In this document: one piece after another, positions 1 through 9,817 of the stretch
Numbering within the stretch: position 1 is the first letter of the stretch
Layout of the letters: every line of letters begins with the position of its first letter
From: Candidatus Brevefilum sp.
GTDB lineage: Bacteria > Chloroflexota > Anaerolineae > Anaerolineales > Anaerolineaceae
Assembly (NCBI GenBank): GCA_019428905.1
Contig: JAHYJN010000002.1
Coordinates: forward strand, 14,071-78,070
Reading direction: 5' to 3'
DNA: 64,000 nucleotides
Notes under the pieces: generated by a model
Database searches by the model: none
Seen by the model: the letters and a program-made list of their open reading frames with translations, nothing else
What the model was told of the DNA's origin: nothing
Translations under genes and position numbers: made by a program

Positions 1-956
1 TTAAGGCACCAGACAACGAACTAGGTGATCAACCCTTCCTGATTGAGTTGCCAGGTAAACGTAAGCCGATGATTGTGTTTCTTTACCATCAAAGTTTGAG
101 TACAATGGTTAGCTTTGTATCCGATACTACGCGAAACGCCGAGTATTTTGTCAATGATAAGATCCTTCCAATCTTAGAGTCATCTGATGAATTTCAAAAA
201 CGCATGCTTTTAATCGCCTCTGATGGCGAAGTATATGGTCATCACAAATCGTTTCGGGATAAATTCCTTTCTTATATGCTTAACGGGGCACTTAACCAGC
301 AGGAGATTGAGATCACCTACCCAGGTCTGTGGTTATCACAACATCAACCGGAGAAATATGCTGAGCTATCTGAATTTTCCTCTTGGAGCTGTCTCCATGG
401 CATTGTCCGCTGGATGGGTGAATGTAATTGCACACCTGATGCTATATGGAAAGCACCACTCCGTTGGGCTTTAGATAAGTTAGCTGAAGAGCTGGACCAT
501 CAGTACCAGGTTTATCTAGGACGTTACACCCGCAGAATCTGGCAGTTGCGCAACGCTTATATTCATGTCTTCTTAGGTGAGGTCAGCCTTGAAGCCCTGC
601 TCAGCCAATTCATCTCTCAACCGCTTGATGAAAATGATGTCACCAAAATTGGTATGCTTTTAGCAGCCCAATATGAACGTCAACGGATCTTTACCTCCTG
701 CGGCTGGTTCCATGACCAGTTTCACCGCATTGAACCTCAAAACAATATTGCCTATGCTGCACAAGCTGTTTGGCTCACCAAGCAGGTCACCGGTGTGGAC
801 TTAAAACCCAAAGCGTTGGCCTTGTTGAGGAAAGTCAAGGACCAACGGACGGGGTTGCGCGGCGATACGGTATTTTCTGAACGTTACTTGCGAATGCAAG
901 ATTTTACGGAAGAGAATATCTCTTACTTTAATCCCTCGAGTAGTTTTTCGACCTGA
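1..956 (+). CDS. Glycoside hydrolase family 57-like protein, C-terminal part (DUF3536-like region). The 5' end is cut by the window edge.
   Basis: The frame is open from nt 3 to the TGA at 954-956, so the TTG at 48 is not the real start. The SDGEVYGHH motif resembles the GH57 acid/base region. The FTSCGWFHDQF tail is typical of the C-terminal extension of long GH57 proteins. Confidence 0.5.
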   Translation, partial: KAPDNELGDQPFLIELPGKRKPMIVFLYHQSLSTMVSFVSDTTRNAEYFVNDKILPILESSDEFQKRMLLIASDGEVYGHHKSFRDKFLSYMLNGALNQQEIEITYPGLWLSQHQPEKYAELSEFSSWSCLHGIVRWMGECNCTPDAIWKAPLRWALDKLAEELDHQYQVYLGRYTRRIWQLRNAYIHVFLGEVSLEALLSQFISQPLDENDVTKIGMLLAAQYERQRIFTSCGWFHDQFHRIEPQNNIAYAAQAVWLTKQVTGVDLKPKALALLRKVKDQRTGLRGDTVFSERYLRMQDFTEENISYFNPSSSFST

Positions 957-3900
957 TACTCTGACTGCCCTTCTGCAACCAGGATCGTTTTGATCCGTTC
1001 GTAAGCCTCAAACAGCAATTCAACCACCTCTGGCAAGCTCTTGGTTGGGTCTGATATGAGCTGGACCAACGCGATGGTCATCATCCACCACATCAGGTCC
1101 TCAAAGGCTTCCTTATTGAACCACAACTGGCCGCGATAGCGGTTAATGTTCAGAAAATTACGGATCTCCTCTTCGGAGAACCAAACCTCGATCAACGCCA
1201 ATTCGGTTTTTTCTGGAACTGTTTTAACCCAATTCTGCTGTCGAATGAGCAATTTCAGAATGGTTTCTGCACGGTGTACCTGTCCTGGATCCAAACCCAA
1301 GCTTTCCAGCTCGGGCCTTACTACTCTAAAGATGCCCCATTCATCCAGCCAACTGCGGCTGATTTCAGCGAATTGTGGTTCAGAAGTGATAGATTTACCC
1401 AATAATCGCAAATCATTCCACAAGAACAACACATACCAAGTCCAGGCTTCTGCATCCAATCCAGCCTGGATGAAATTTAACGTTTCGGCATACTTCACTG
1501 AGCCTGGGAATGGGAAATGTTCTTCAAACACAGACAACTTAAGCATGGCTTCCAACCCATGGTTTTCTTCACGAACAATTGGGGTGATATCCGTCTGTGT
1601 TTGGATGAAATGGTTGACTGAGTCCATCAAATGCCTGAATTTCTCAGAATGGATAGTGAGCAGCTCTGCTTTCAGCTTGGATTGTGCATCCAGCAATCGT
1701 GCCTGGTAAAGGCTTTCAAGCTGTTCTTCTGAGATCAACTCCCTTACAGGGTTAAGAATAGGCGCTAACATTAATTCTTGTAAAGCTTCCTCAATACTGG
1801 GAACGCCGCGACCATTAAGATACTGTGCCAGCTGGGCATACTGACCGTATTGGTTGTCTGCAACCTCCCTAAAATCGAGAAAAACATGATGTTCATAAGC
1901 ATTTAGCTCAAAGTATAAGCCTCGATGCCTGATCTCTTCACTTGAACGGATGAATTCCAGGTTTGAGGATGAATCTCTGAAGATCACGAAATGATTTGCA
2001 TGTCCCTGGATATTAATGCCTTCATAGAGCTGCTTGCTTTCTAGACGGCCAGATTGTTTATTTAGATAGGCAGCTGATGTGTTTATCCAACCGCGGGTTG
2101 ACCCAAAATGATTATGATAAATCACCAGGCCCCGTTTGCTCCCGGTGCCGTTTGAATATGCGAAAACGTCTTCATTCACCTGGTTCTGGCTGGAATAAAA
2201 ATCAAACAGTAAGAATTTTTCAATCCCCGAAAAGCGATCACGTCGTTTCAGCAGCGGGAAGATATCTCTCTGGTGACGCTCTATCAAGTACTGATCTGGT
2301 TGCTCATCCCAATATGGCCGATAGTATTCCATACCGTACTTTTCAGCAAAACCTTCAATTTGACCGTGCCCAAACATTGGTAAACCGGGCATGGTGGCCA
2401 TCAACGTGCAGATGCCAAAATATTTATCACCCTTTCCGAATTGGTCCACCGCCGTCTTTTCATCGGGGTTGTTCATAAAATTGACATACCGTTTGAGGAT
2501 TTCAGGATCAAACTCCAAGGTATTCTTGATCACCAAGCGATATTTTGAGTTCTCCTCATTGCGCAGCATGTTCATAAAGGCACTGTTATAAACACGGTGC
2601 ATGCCCAGGGTGCGCACAAAATAGCCTTCCATCAACCAGAAAGCCTCTGCCAATAAAAGTGTATCTGGCACTTCTTGCGCAATTCGGTCAACCACTTCGC
2701 GCCAAAATTCCTTGGGAAAGACCTGGTCAAAGGCTTCTTTGGTCAGCCCGTGTTCAGCTCGACTGGGAATCGCCCCACCTGTTCCCGGTTGCGGAAACCA
2801 CAGCCGCTGGTAATGCTTTTTTGCCAGGGTCATGGCCGCGTCAAACCGAATGATGGGGAATTTCCTGGCTACGTGCAAAATGGTCTGGATCACCACTTCA
2901 CGCACACCAGCGTTGAGATAATCCAGCTGTGCTGTATCATTCCACGGCATACTGGTGCCGTCGTTTCCATGATAAATAAACCGTGTATCACCATTTTGAC
3001 GGTCCACTCGCATGAACACGACCGCAGCATCCGTCCGATCGTAGTAATGATCTTCGATAAAAATCCCCACGTGGCCAACCGGGCTTAGGTCAGTACCACT
3101 GAAGGAATATGATGGAAATGGGCTGTACGGCAGCGAGACGAACCAATCCGGGTGGTTGATCACCCAATCCGAATCGATCCCCATGTGGTTCGGGACCATG
3201 TCGCTGGCCAAACGGATGCCTCTCTGCCAGGCACGGTCTCTCAGGTTTTGATAAGCCTCTTCCCCACCCAATACTTGGGCAATGTTGTAATTTTTCAATG
3301 AATAAGCGGATGCAACCGCTTCAGGGTTGCCGCACAGCTGTTTGATCCGTTTTGAAGCATCGCTGCGCTCCCACAAGCCAATCAACCACAACCCGTTGAA
3401 TCCCCACTGCGCCAATCGATCCAATTCTTCGTCAGGGATCTGATCAAGACGTTTGATATTCCGCTGGTATTTCTCTGAGAGCTGGTAGAGCCAAACATGG
3501 GAATTCTTAGCAATCATCACCGTGCGAGGCATCCAGTCGCTATCGGGACTGAAATTTTCGGCTTCCTCGGCATACTCAAAGCTTAATATTTGTGTTGGTC
3601 CAGGACCGGTGAAGATAGCCTTGGTCTCTTCTTTGATCAGGTCAATGGAATTCAATAACCGATATAGAAAATCACCGATCATATACCCCCATTTCCGTCG
3701 GATATAGTCCAATTGACCGGTTAAGGAGTTCGGCTCTTCGATGGCCGGGCTGCGTAACAATGTGACCAGGTCTTGGTTATCTGGACCAAAATAGGGCTTT
3801 TCCTTGAAAAAGCGCCCCAATTGTTCGATGATCTGGCGATAGACCGTGGTTTGAGACAGCAGGGCATCATCAAATAGTTCTGAAAAGGGTGCCACAGCAG

Positions 3901-4369
3901 GATTTTTATTGGTTACCCACAACATCAACAGTTCTTCTAAGACCAGGTACTTATGGGAAATATCATCTGTTGTGCCCTGGAGATAAGTCTGAGGGTCGAC
4001 TATCCCACGATAAACAGCCACAGGGGGAAATTCTTGAGAGAATCTATCGAGAGCTTGGTCAAGCTTGGACTCCCCCAATACTTTACGTAAATCCTGGTAC
4101 GCCTCTGCCATTATGCCAGGAGCGACGTTTTGGCGGTAACGTGCGGTGACCAGGTGCAAGATTTCATCAATCAACCCCATGGCGTTGATCTCACCAGCCC
4201 TGACTGCCTGTTCAGGGAAATTAACCAAATCCCGCTTTTGGTTGATCTTTTGTGCAAATTCGCGCGCGGCCAGGAAGTTAGCGAAAATCACATTCCCGTC
4301 AAATTTAAAAAGCGTCTGGTCGAAATCATACTTATCTCTGCTTAGCCGGGAAACGTGGAACTCAAACAT
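923..4369 (-). CDS. Large alpha-amylase-family (GH13) glycosyl hydrolase, 1148 aa
   Basis: GH13 conserved regions are present: DMVPNH (I), IRFDAAMTL (II), LLLAEAFW (III) and FMNNPDE (IV, variant). It is a single long ORF with long N- and C-terminal non-catalytic extensions. Confidence 0.8.
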   Translation of the reverse strand: MFEFHVSRLSRDKYDFDQTLFKFDGNVIFANFLAAREFAQKINQKRDLVNFPEQAVRAGEINAMGLIDEILHLVTARYRQNVAPGIMAEAYQDLRKVLGESKLDQALDRFSQEFPPVAVYRGIVDPQTYLQGTTDDISHKYLVLEELLMLWVTNKNPAVAPFSELFDDALLSQTTVYRQIIEQLGRFFKEKPYFGPDNQDLVTLLRSPAIEEPNSLTGQLDYIRRKWGYMIGDFLYRLLNSIDLIKEETKAIFTGPGPTQILSFEYAEEAENFSPDSDWMPRTVMIAKNSHVWLYQLSEKYQRNIKRLDQIPDEELDRLAQWGFNGLWLIGLWERSDASKRIKQLCGNPEAVASAYSLKNYNIAQVLGGEEAYQNLRDRAWQRGIRLASDMVPNHMGIDSDWVINHPDWFVSLPYSPFPSYSFSGTDLSPVGHVGIFIEDHYYDRTDAAVVFMRVDRQNGDTRFIYHGNDGTSMPWNDTAQLDYLNAGVREVVIQTILHVARKFPIIRFDAAMTLAKKHYQRLWFPQPGTGGAIPSRAEHGLTKEAFDQVFPKEFWREVVDRIAQEVPDTLLLAEAFWLMEGYFVRTLGMHRVYNSAFMNMLRNEENSKYRLVIKNTLEFDPEILKRYVNFMNNPDEKTAVDQFGKGDKYFGICTLMATMPGLPMFGHGQIEGFAEKYGMEYYRPYWDEQPDQYLIERHQRDIFPLLKRRDRFSGIEKFLLFDFYSSQNQVNEDVFAYSNGTGSKRGLVIYHNHFGSTRGWINTSAAYLNKQSGRLESKQLYEGINIQGHANHFVIFRDSSSNLEFIRSSEEIRHRGLYFELNAYEHHVFLDFREVADNQYGQYAQLAQYLNGRGVPSIEEALQELMLAPILNPVRELISEEQLESLYQARLLDAQSKLKAELLTIHSEKFRHLMDSVNHFIQTQTDITPIVREENHGLEAMLKLSVFEEHFPFPGSVKYAETLNFIQAGLDAEAWTWYVLFLWNDLRLLGKSITSEPQFAEISRSWLDEWGIFRVVRPELESLGLDPGQVHRAETILKLLIRQQNWVKTVPEKTELALIEVWFSEEEIRNFLNINRYRGQLWFNKEAFEDLMWWMMTIALVQLISDPTKSLPEVVELLFEAYERIKTILVAEGQSEYQVEKLLEGLK

Positions 4370-4471
4370 TGATGATCCTCCTGAGTAAAGACGGACTGAT
4401 GAATCAATTATACACGCGCATTGCCCCCGATTCTCAAAACAACCTAGACTGAAGGTAATTCGTTTTTTTGT

Positions 4472-5626
4472 TTAATTGACACGTTTTAGAATATGGGTGA
4501 CGATATTTGAACCGCTCCCACCGATATTTTGGGTCATACCAAAATCATGGTTGGTGACTTGGGTTTTTCCCGCTTTCTCTTGCAACTGCTGGACGACTTC
4601 AACAATTTGATAAATACCAGTTGCCCCGACTGGATGCCCCCGGGCTTTCAAGCCGCCGAAAGTGGCCACTGGGATGCGCCCGGTTATTTTTATCTCGCCC
4701 TCTTTTGCCAGCACAGGCCCTTGGCCAGGTTCCGCAAAACCTGCAGCTTCAAGTGACAAGGCTGCCATGATCGTGAAAGCATCATGATACTCAAAAACAC
4801 CGATATCTTGTGGACCAATTCCAGCCTGTTCGTAAGCTTTTTGGGTGGATAATTCAGCTGCTGAAAGCCTCAGAGGTGCTTTTCGGCTGTGAATGGCGAT
4901 TGAATCTGTTGCCGCAGATGAACCAGCCACAATGATCTTGGATGCGTTTGAAGGCAGCATATCTGAACATGCTAAGACGACCGCTGCAGCACCGTCACCT
5001 ACCGGTGAGGCATCCATGAGGTTAATCGGGTCACAGATCATGGGTGAGTTTTTAAAGCTGGATTCTGTGATTGCCTTGCGAAAACGAGCGTATGGGTTAT
5101 GCACAGCATTGGCATGTGCGTTGATGGCAAATTCCGCAAAATCAGTACTTTGCCAACCATATTCGTACATATAACGTTTCATGATCAATGCATTCAGCGC
5201 AACAAACGATAATCCGTGATCCACTTCCCAGTCGGCATCTGCTGCCGTTGCCAGGGCGGTGGTGATCTCACTTACGGGTGAGTCCGTCATCTTTTCCACC
5301 CCAACCACCAAGACGACATCTACCTCACCGGAAGCCACTGCCAGATAGCCTGCCCTGAATGCTGCGCTGCCCGAGCTGCAGGCAGATTCAATTTTTACAG
5401 CATCTGTGAACCTCTGCCCAATCCAATCTGCGACCATACTCCCCAGATGCGCCTGTAAATTTGAGATGTCGGATAGCATGTTGCCCACATAGATGCTGTC
5501 CACGTGCGATACCTGTGCTTCAGCCATGGCAGCCAGTGCTGCTTCACCCGCGAGCTCGCGCAGGGATTTATCCCAATGTTCATCAATTTTGGTCTGACCG
5601 ATGCCAATCACCGCAACTTCGCGCAT
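4472..5626 (-). CDS. Thiolase-domain protein (acetyl-CoA acetyltransferase-like, archaeal/SCP-x type)
   Basis: ESACSSGSAAF (nucleophile Cys region), GHPVGATG and NIGGSGS C-terminal thiolase motifs. ATG start. Confidence 0.8.
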   Translation of the reverse strand: MREVAVIGIGQTKIDEHWDKSLRELAGEAALAAMAEAQVSHVDSIYVGNMLSDISNLQAHLGSMVADWIGQRFTDAVKIESACSSGSAAFRAGYLAVASGEVDVVLVVGVEKMTDSPVSEITTALATAADADWEVDHGLSFVALNALIMKRYMYEYGWQSTDFAEFAINAHANAVHNPYARFRKAITESSFKNSPMICDPINLMDASPVGDGAAAVVLACSDMLPSNASKIIVAGSSAATDSIAIHSRKAPLRLSAAELSTQKAYEQAGIGPQDIGVFEYHDAFTIMAALSLEAAGFAEPGQGPVLAKEGEIKITGRIPVATFGGLKARGHPVGATGIYQIVEVVQQLQEKAGKTQVTNHDFGMTQNIGGSGSNIVTHILKRVN

Positions 5627-5766
5627 AAGTAATATTCCTTTCCGAAATTATCAGCTTGATTATACAGAATTTTACTATCAAGTCCTATCAGCTTGGTGGC
5701 AATTGAGTCATGTATAATCAAATCTGTAGATTGATTGAACAAACACTTTGAACAGGTAAATTGTTT

Positions 5767-7527
5767 ATGGGCAAATTAAAACGGCGATCCATTGTTTTAA
5801 TGGTGATTGTTGTCTCAGCTCTTTCCGGATGCGTGTTGCCTGAGCAGCCATCTGCCAGTCAATATGATTTCGCGTCACGATATTTCGACTGGCAACAAAC
5901 ACTGACTACCAGCCAGTTGTCGGCTGAAGATCCGGTCACTGCGCAAACACCTGTGCCAGCAGAGACGGATTCCTTTATCCTCACAGACAGCCCATCCGAC
6001 AACCGGTTAAAGCTCTTTTTACATCCTGGGGTGTCAGAACAGTTCCTGTCTAATTTAAACCTGGATGGGAGACGATTCGACCTGGTGAAGGATAAACAAG
6101 CTGCGGATGTGCGCATTCTCCTTGACAGGTTAGGCGTTGAGGATGTCGGTAGAAACCCTGTTTTGTGGGTTTACGTCCTGGTCGCGCCGTTTTATACGCT
6201 GACGGATGGTATTTCATCTGACGACCTGGTTGCTTTATGGGAAGGCAATATACAGGATGGTTTTCCAATTTCACGGATTTTAGTCACCCAAGAGACTTTT
6301 ACCGTGATGGAAACATTATTTGGGACCCCAGATGGGTCAATGGTCAAGGTGGTGACAGCCGAAGAGCTGGCCAAGCAAGCGCTCACTGATCAACCTTTTC
6401 TGTCCTTCCTCCCATTTGAAGAACTGGATGCTCATTGGAAAGTTCTGCGTATCGATGGCCTTTCACCTATTGACGATCATTTTTCACCGGAAACCTATCC
6501 CCTTTCGGCAGTTATTTGGGCAGAAAGCGCTTTGACAGACTTTGGCGTTACTCTGCCTGAAAGTAATTATGACCGAGATATGCGCACTGTGCTCATCATG
6601 ACCGGGGTGACCGCGCTGACCCGCGCCACAGCTTATCGCATGGAGATCTATGGCAATACCTACCCTGGTAAGGATATTCACGCCTGGTTATCTGCTGCAG
6701 ACCTGGTTCACATCAGTAATGAAGTGTCTTTTGCACAAAACTGCCCCAATCCAGATCCATTTCAGCCTGATTTGATCTTTTGCTCGTCACCTGAGCGAGT
6801 TGAATTGCTGGAATACATCTCTGCAGATATTATCGAACTCAGTGGCAACCACCTGCTGGATTATGGCATCCCAGCGATGAACCTGACCTTGGAGATGTAC
6901 GAACAACGCGATTGGGCCTTCTTTGCGGGTGGTTGGGATCTAGCTGATGCGCGTTCTTCTGCCTTGGTCACCCACAATGGTAACCGGCTGGCTTTCCTTG
7001 GCTGCAACCCGGTAGGTCCACCGATTGCCTGGGCAACCGAGTCAAAACCGGGATCAGCTCCCTGCGGGGATTACCAGTGGATGCTCGACGAAATTCAAGC
7101 CTTACGGGCTGAGGGGTATCTGCCCATCATTACATTGCAGTATTTTGAAGACTACACCGCCTATCCCAGTCCTAAAATGCAAGCAGACTTTCTCAAGTTA
7201 GCCGATGCTGGCGCGGTGGTGGTCAGCGGCAGCCAGGCGCACACGCCCAAGAACATGGTGTTTTCTGATCGCGCCTTTATCCATTATGGCTTAGGAAATT
7301 TGTTTTTTGACCAAATGGAAGTTTTTTACAACGATAGGTTGATGCCAGGAACGCGTGAAGCATTTATCGACCGGCTAGTTTTTTATGATGGACAGTTGGT
7401 CAGCGTTGAACTGCTCACCACCATGCTGGAAGATTATGCCCGACCCCGCCCGATGACACCTATAGAGCGTCAAGCGCTGCTCTCCCGCATCTTCCCGATC
7501 GCAATTGATTATTATAAACAGAGGTGA
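5767..7527 (+). CDS. CapA/PGA_cap-family metallophosphatase-like lipoprotein
   Basis: Signal peptide with lipobox LSGC. ELSGNHLLDYG and SGSQAHTPK motifs are CapA-like. The ATG at 5767 is preferred over the TTG at 5761. Confidence 0.6.
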   Translation: MGKLKRRSIVLMVIVVSALSGCVLPEQPSASQYDFASRYFDWQQTLTTSQLSAEDPVTAQTPVPAETDSFILTDSPSDNRLKLFLHPGVSEQFLSNLNLDGRRFDLVKDKQAADVRILLDRLGVEDVGRNPVLWVYVLVAPFYTLTDGISSDDLVALWEGNIQDGFPISRILVTQETFTVMETLFGTPDGSMVKVVTAEELAKQALTDQPFLSFLPFEELDAHWKVLRIDGLSPIDDHFSPETYPLSAVIWAESALTDFGVTLPESNYDRDMRTVLIMTGVTALTRATAYRMEIYGNTYPGKDIHAWLSAADLVHISNEVSFAQNCPNPDPFQPDLIFCSSPERVELLEYISADIIELSGNHLLDYGIPAMNLTLEMYEQRDWAFFAGGWDLADARSSALVTHNGNRLAFLGCNPVGPPIAWATESKPGSAPCGDYQWMLDEIQALRAEGYLPIITLQYFEDYTAYPSPKMQADFLKLADAGAVVVSGSQAHTPKNMVFSDRAFIHYGLGNLFFDQMEVFYNDRLMPGTREAFIDRLVFYDGQLVSVELLTTMLEDYARPRPMTPIERQALLSRIFPIAIDYYKQR

Positions 7528-7530
7528 TGT

Positions 7531-8181
7531 ATGAAAATATTTGATATCAGTGTACCAATCACGCCCGAAATGCCGGTCTGGCCGGGTGATCCTGCGGTTG
7601 ATCTTCAGCAGGTATCAGCTATAGCTTCAGGTGAGTTGGCCAATATCACCCACATATCCATGAGCGTTCACACTGGGACTCATATTGACGCGCCAAAACA
7701 TTTCATTGACAGCGGGAAAACCGTCGGTCAGATTCCATTGGAAAAGCTGGTCGGTGAAGTTTTGTTGATGCAAATGGATGATTCAGTTAATGTCATATCT
7801 GAGCTGGCACTCCAAATCCACCCAGCGTTTGATCTGCTAAAGGATTCTCGGAAAGTTTTGTTTCGCACCCGAAATTCATCATTATGGCGCACAAGCCCCA
7901 ACGAATTTCGAATGGATTATGTGGGTATCGATAAGTCCGGTGCTGAATTTCTTGCGGCGTTAGGGCTGGACTTGATCGGGGTTGATTATCTCTCGATTGC
8001 ACCATTTGATGAGACGCTGACCCCGCACCAGACTTTGCTAACGAAGGAAATTGTACTATTAGAGGGTTTAGATTTATCCAACATCCCAGCTGGGATTTAT
8101 GAGCTTTACTGCCTGCCAATCAGTTTACCTGGCTGTGAGGGTGCTCCTGCCAGGGTGATCCTGGTGGATCGCTTACAGTAA
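7531..8181 (+). CDS. Cyclase-family protein (kynurenine formamidase-like)
   Basis: HTGTHIDAPKHF metal-binding motif. It starts 3 nt after the upstream stop, so it is probably co-transcribed. Confidence 0.75.
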   Translation: MKIFDISVPITPEMPVWPGDPAVDLQQVSAIASGELANITHISMSVHTGTHIDAPKHFIDSGKTVGQIPLEKLVGEVLLMQMDDSVNVISELALQIHPAFDLLKDSRKVLFRTRNSSLWRTSPNEFRMDYVGIDKSGAEFLAALGLDLIGVDYLSIAPFDETLTPHQTLLTKEIVLLEGLDLSNIPAGIYELYCLPISLPGCEGAPARVILVDRLQ

Positions 8182-8314
8182 ACTCCCGGTATTAACGTCA
8201 TGCTCAAACACCTTTCTCGGGATTAATTAATTCAGGTGTCATCAGCTAGGAACAAAATATGGGTCAGTTTCGTTAATAAAATGAGCCGAACCGTTAGCAA
8301 AAAGGAGACTGACC

Positions 8315-9619
8315 ATGAAGTATGTCATAATCATCCTCACTGGCCTGACCTTATTGGTTGCATCTGCCTGCCAGGGGATAGAAGACATTATCCCGTCAAA
8401 TGAAGGAGATCAGATGAAAGGCTTCCTTTCCAGCGATATCGAACGTGAACTAGCGCCTGATGTGGGACCAAGTCGACTCCAGTCACTTGCCAGTGACAAT
8501 ACCGCTTTTGCTTTAGCTTTTTATGACTTAATCCGTTCAGAAGAAGGCAACCTGGTCTATTCCCCCTTCAGCCTCTCGCTGGCCTTAAGTATGACACTGG
8601 CTGGCGCTGAAACAACCACACGTGATGCAATGCTGGATGCGCTCCAATTTTCTTTAGAAGAAGGTGAAATCCATCCGACCCTTAATGCATTGATGCTGGC
8701 GATTGAAGCCTCTCAAGCCATCGATGAGGGGTCGGAAGGCGGGAGCTTCGAGCTCAGCATTGCTAATTCGATTTGGGGTCAGCAAGGTTTCAATTTCAAG
8801 CAAGCCTTTTTAGACCGGATTGCTTTGAACTATGGCGCAGGGATCTACACGGTGAATTTCGCTGCCAGCCCTGAACTGGCACGGGTTGCAATTAACGACT
8901 GGGTGGAAGATGAAACCCAAGAAAAAATCAAAGACCTGATCCCACCTGACACCATCACACAATTAACGCGATTGGTGTTAGCCAATGCCATCTACTTCAA
9001 AGGCTCTTGGTTCCATCCCTTTGATCAAGGGTTGACACAGCCTGGGCCTTTCACCACACTTGGTGGGGATGAGATCCGTGTTGATATGATGAAGTTGTTT
9101 GACGAACACTTGCTTTACCTGCAAGAGGGAGAACTCCAGGTGATTAGCCTGCCCTATCTAAGTCGAGATTTTGTGATGACATTGATTGTCCCGGATCACG
9201 GGTCATTCACCACTGTTGAAGATCGACTCACGGTCGAATTGCTAGAGACGTTGATGAACAAAATGGTGTCAGAACGCATCAACCTGGAAATGCCAAAATT
9301 TGATTTTGAGACCACCATCAATGCTAATGACGCCCTCAAAACACTGGAGATGGCTGAAGCCTTCGATCCTGATCTTTCCGATTTCAAAGGGATGGCTGAT
9401 GTTGAAGATCTTCACATCTCAGATGTCCTGCAAAAGGCGACCATCACGGTTGATGAAGAGGGCACCGAAGCCGCTGCAGCCACAGCTGTGATTGTGGGCA
9501 TTAAGTCTGCCCCGATCGGTGAACCCATTTCCCTGGTAATTGACCGACCTTTCTTGTTCTTCATTCAACACCAACCCACCGGGACCATCCTTTTCATGGG
9601 GCGTGTTGTCCAACCCTAA
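8315..9619 (+). CDS. Serpin (serine protease inhibitor), lipoprotein-type signal peptide, paralog 1
   Basis: Serpin hinge and reactive-centre loop EEGTEAAAATAVIVGIKSAP, shutter/breach motifs (SPFSLSLALSMTLAGA, NAIYFKGSW, DRPFLFFI), N-terminal LVASAC lipobox-like signal, RBS AAGGAG. Confidence 0.9.
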   Translation: MKYVIIILTGLTLLVASACQGIEDIIPSNEGDQMKGFLSSDIERELAPDVGPSRLQSLASDNTAFALAFYDLIRSEEGNLVYSPFSLSLALSMTLAGAETTTRDAMLDALQFSLEEGEIHPTLNALMLAIEASQAIDEGSEGGSFELSIANSIWGQQGFNFKQAFLDRIALNYGAGIYTVNFAASPELARVAINDWVEDETQEKIKDLIPPDTITQLTRLVLANAIYFKGSWFHPFDQGLTQPGPFTTLGGDEIRVDMMKLFDEHLLYLQEGELQVISLPYLSRDFVMTLIVPDHGSFTTVEDRLTVELLETLMNKMVSERINLEMPKFDFETTINANDALKTLEMAEAFDPDLSDFKGMADVEDLHISDVLQKATITVDEEGTEAAAATAVIVGIKSAPIGEPISLVIDRPFLFFIQHQPTGTILFMGRVVQP

Positions 9620-9643
9620 CCTGAAATAAGCAATCACGACATT

Positions 9644-9671
9644 AGGCCGCTTGGAAATTGCGGCCTTTTTT
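9644..9671 (+). terminator. Intrinsic terminator after serpin 1
   Basis: AGGCCGC-(9 nt loop)-GCGGCCT followed by a T6 run. Confidence 0.7.
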
Positions 9672-9711
9672 CGTATTGGGTACATTTAATATTGATGGTG
9701 CTGCCCGTTCA

Positions 9712-9727
9712 CTGTGAAATTTCACAG
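9712..9727. promoter_or_regulatory. Perfect 16-bp palindrome CTGTGAAATTTCACAG, candidate operator upstream of serpin 2
   Basis: Exact inverted repeat about 90 nt upstream of the 9818 start, lying between the serpin-1 terminator and the serpin-2 RBS. Confidence 0.3.
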
Positions 9728-9817
9728 AATATATTAATCAACAGCGCGTCTAAACGGGAACAAAACCGGACCATCATGCGTCTAAGCACCAGAAAAGAAA
9801 ATAAGATTGGAGGATAA

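Noticed and set aside
923-956. A 34-nt overlap of the convergent 3' ends of the GH57-like and GH13 genes.
   Set aside because: The overlap is real in the sequence, but convergent overlaps of this size are common in compact genomes. I see no added signal such as a hairpin or conserved motif.
1146-1709. Long antisense or alternative-frame ORFs inside large genes. Examples are 1146-1709, 2675-3088, 10711-11103, 51326-52184, 56226-56688 and 62773-63258.
   Set aside because: Each lies entirely within a confidently identified gene on the opposite strand or in another frame, has low-complexity or Ser/Arg/Pro-rich translations, and lacks an RBS. They are shadow ORFs.
9712-9727. Reading the palindrome as a CRP/FNR-type site because of its TGTGA...TCACA arms.
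   Set aside because: The half-sites are separated by 4 nt rather than the 6 nt of the CRP consensus, so I only call it a generic candidate operator.
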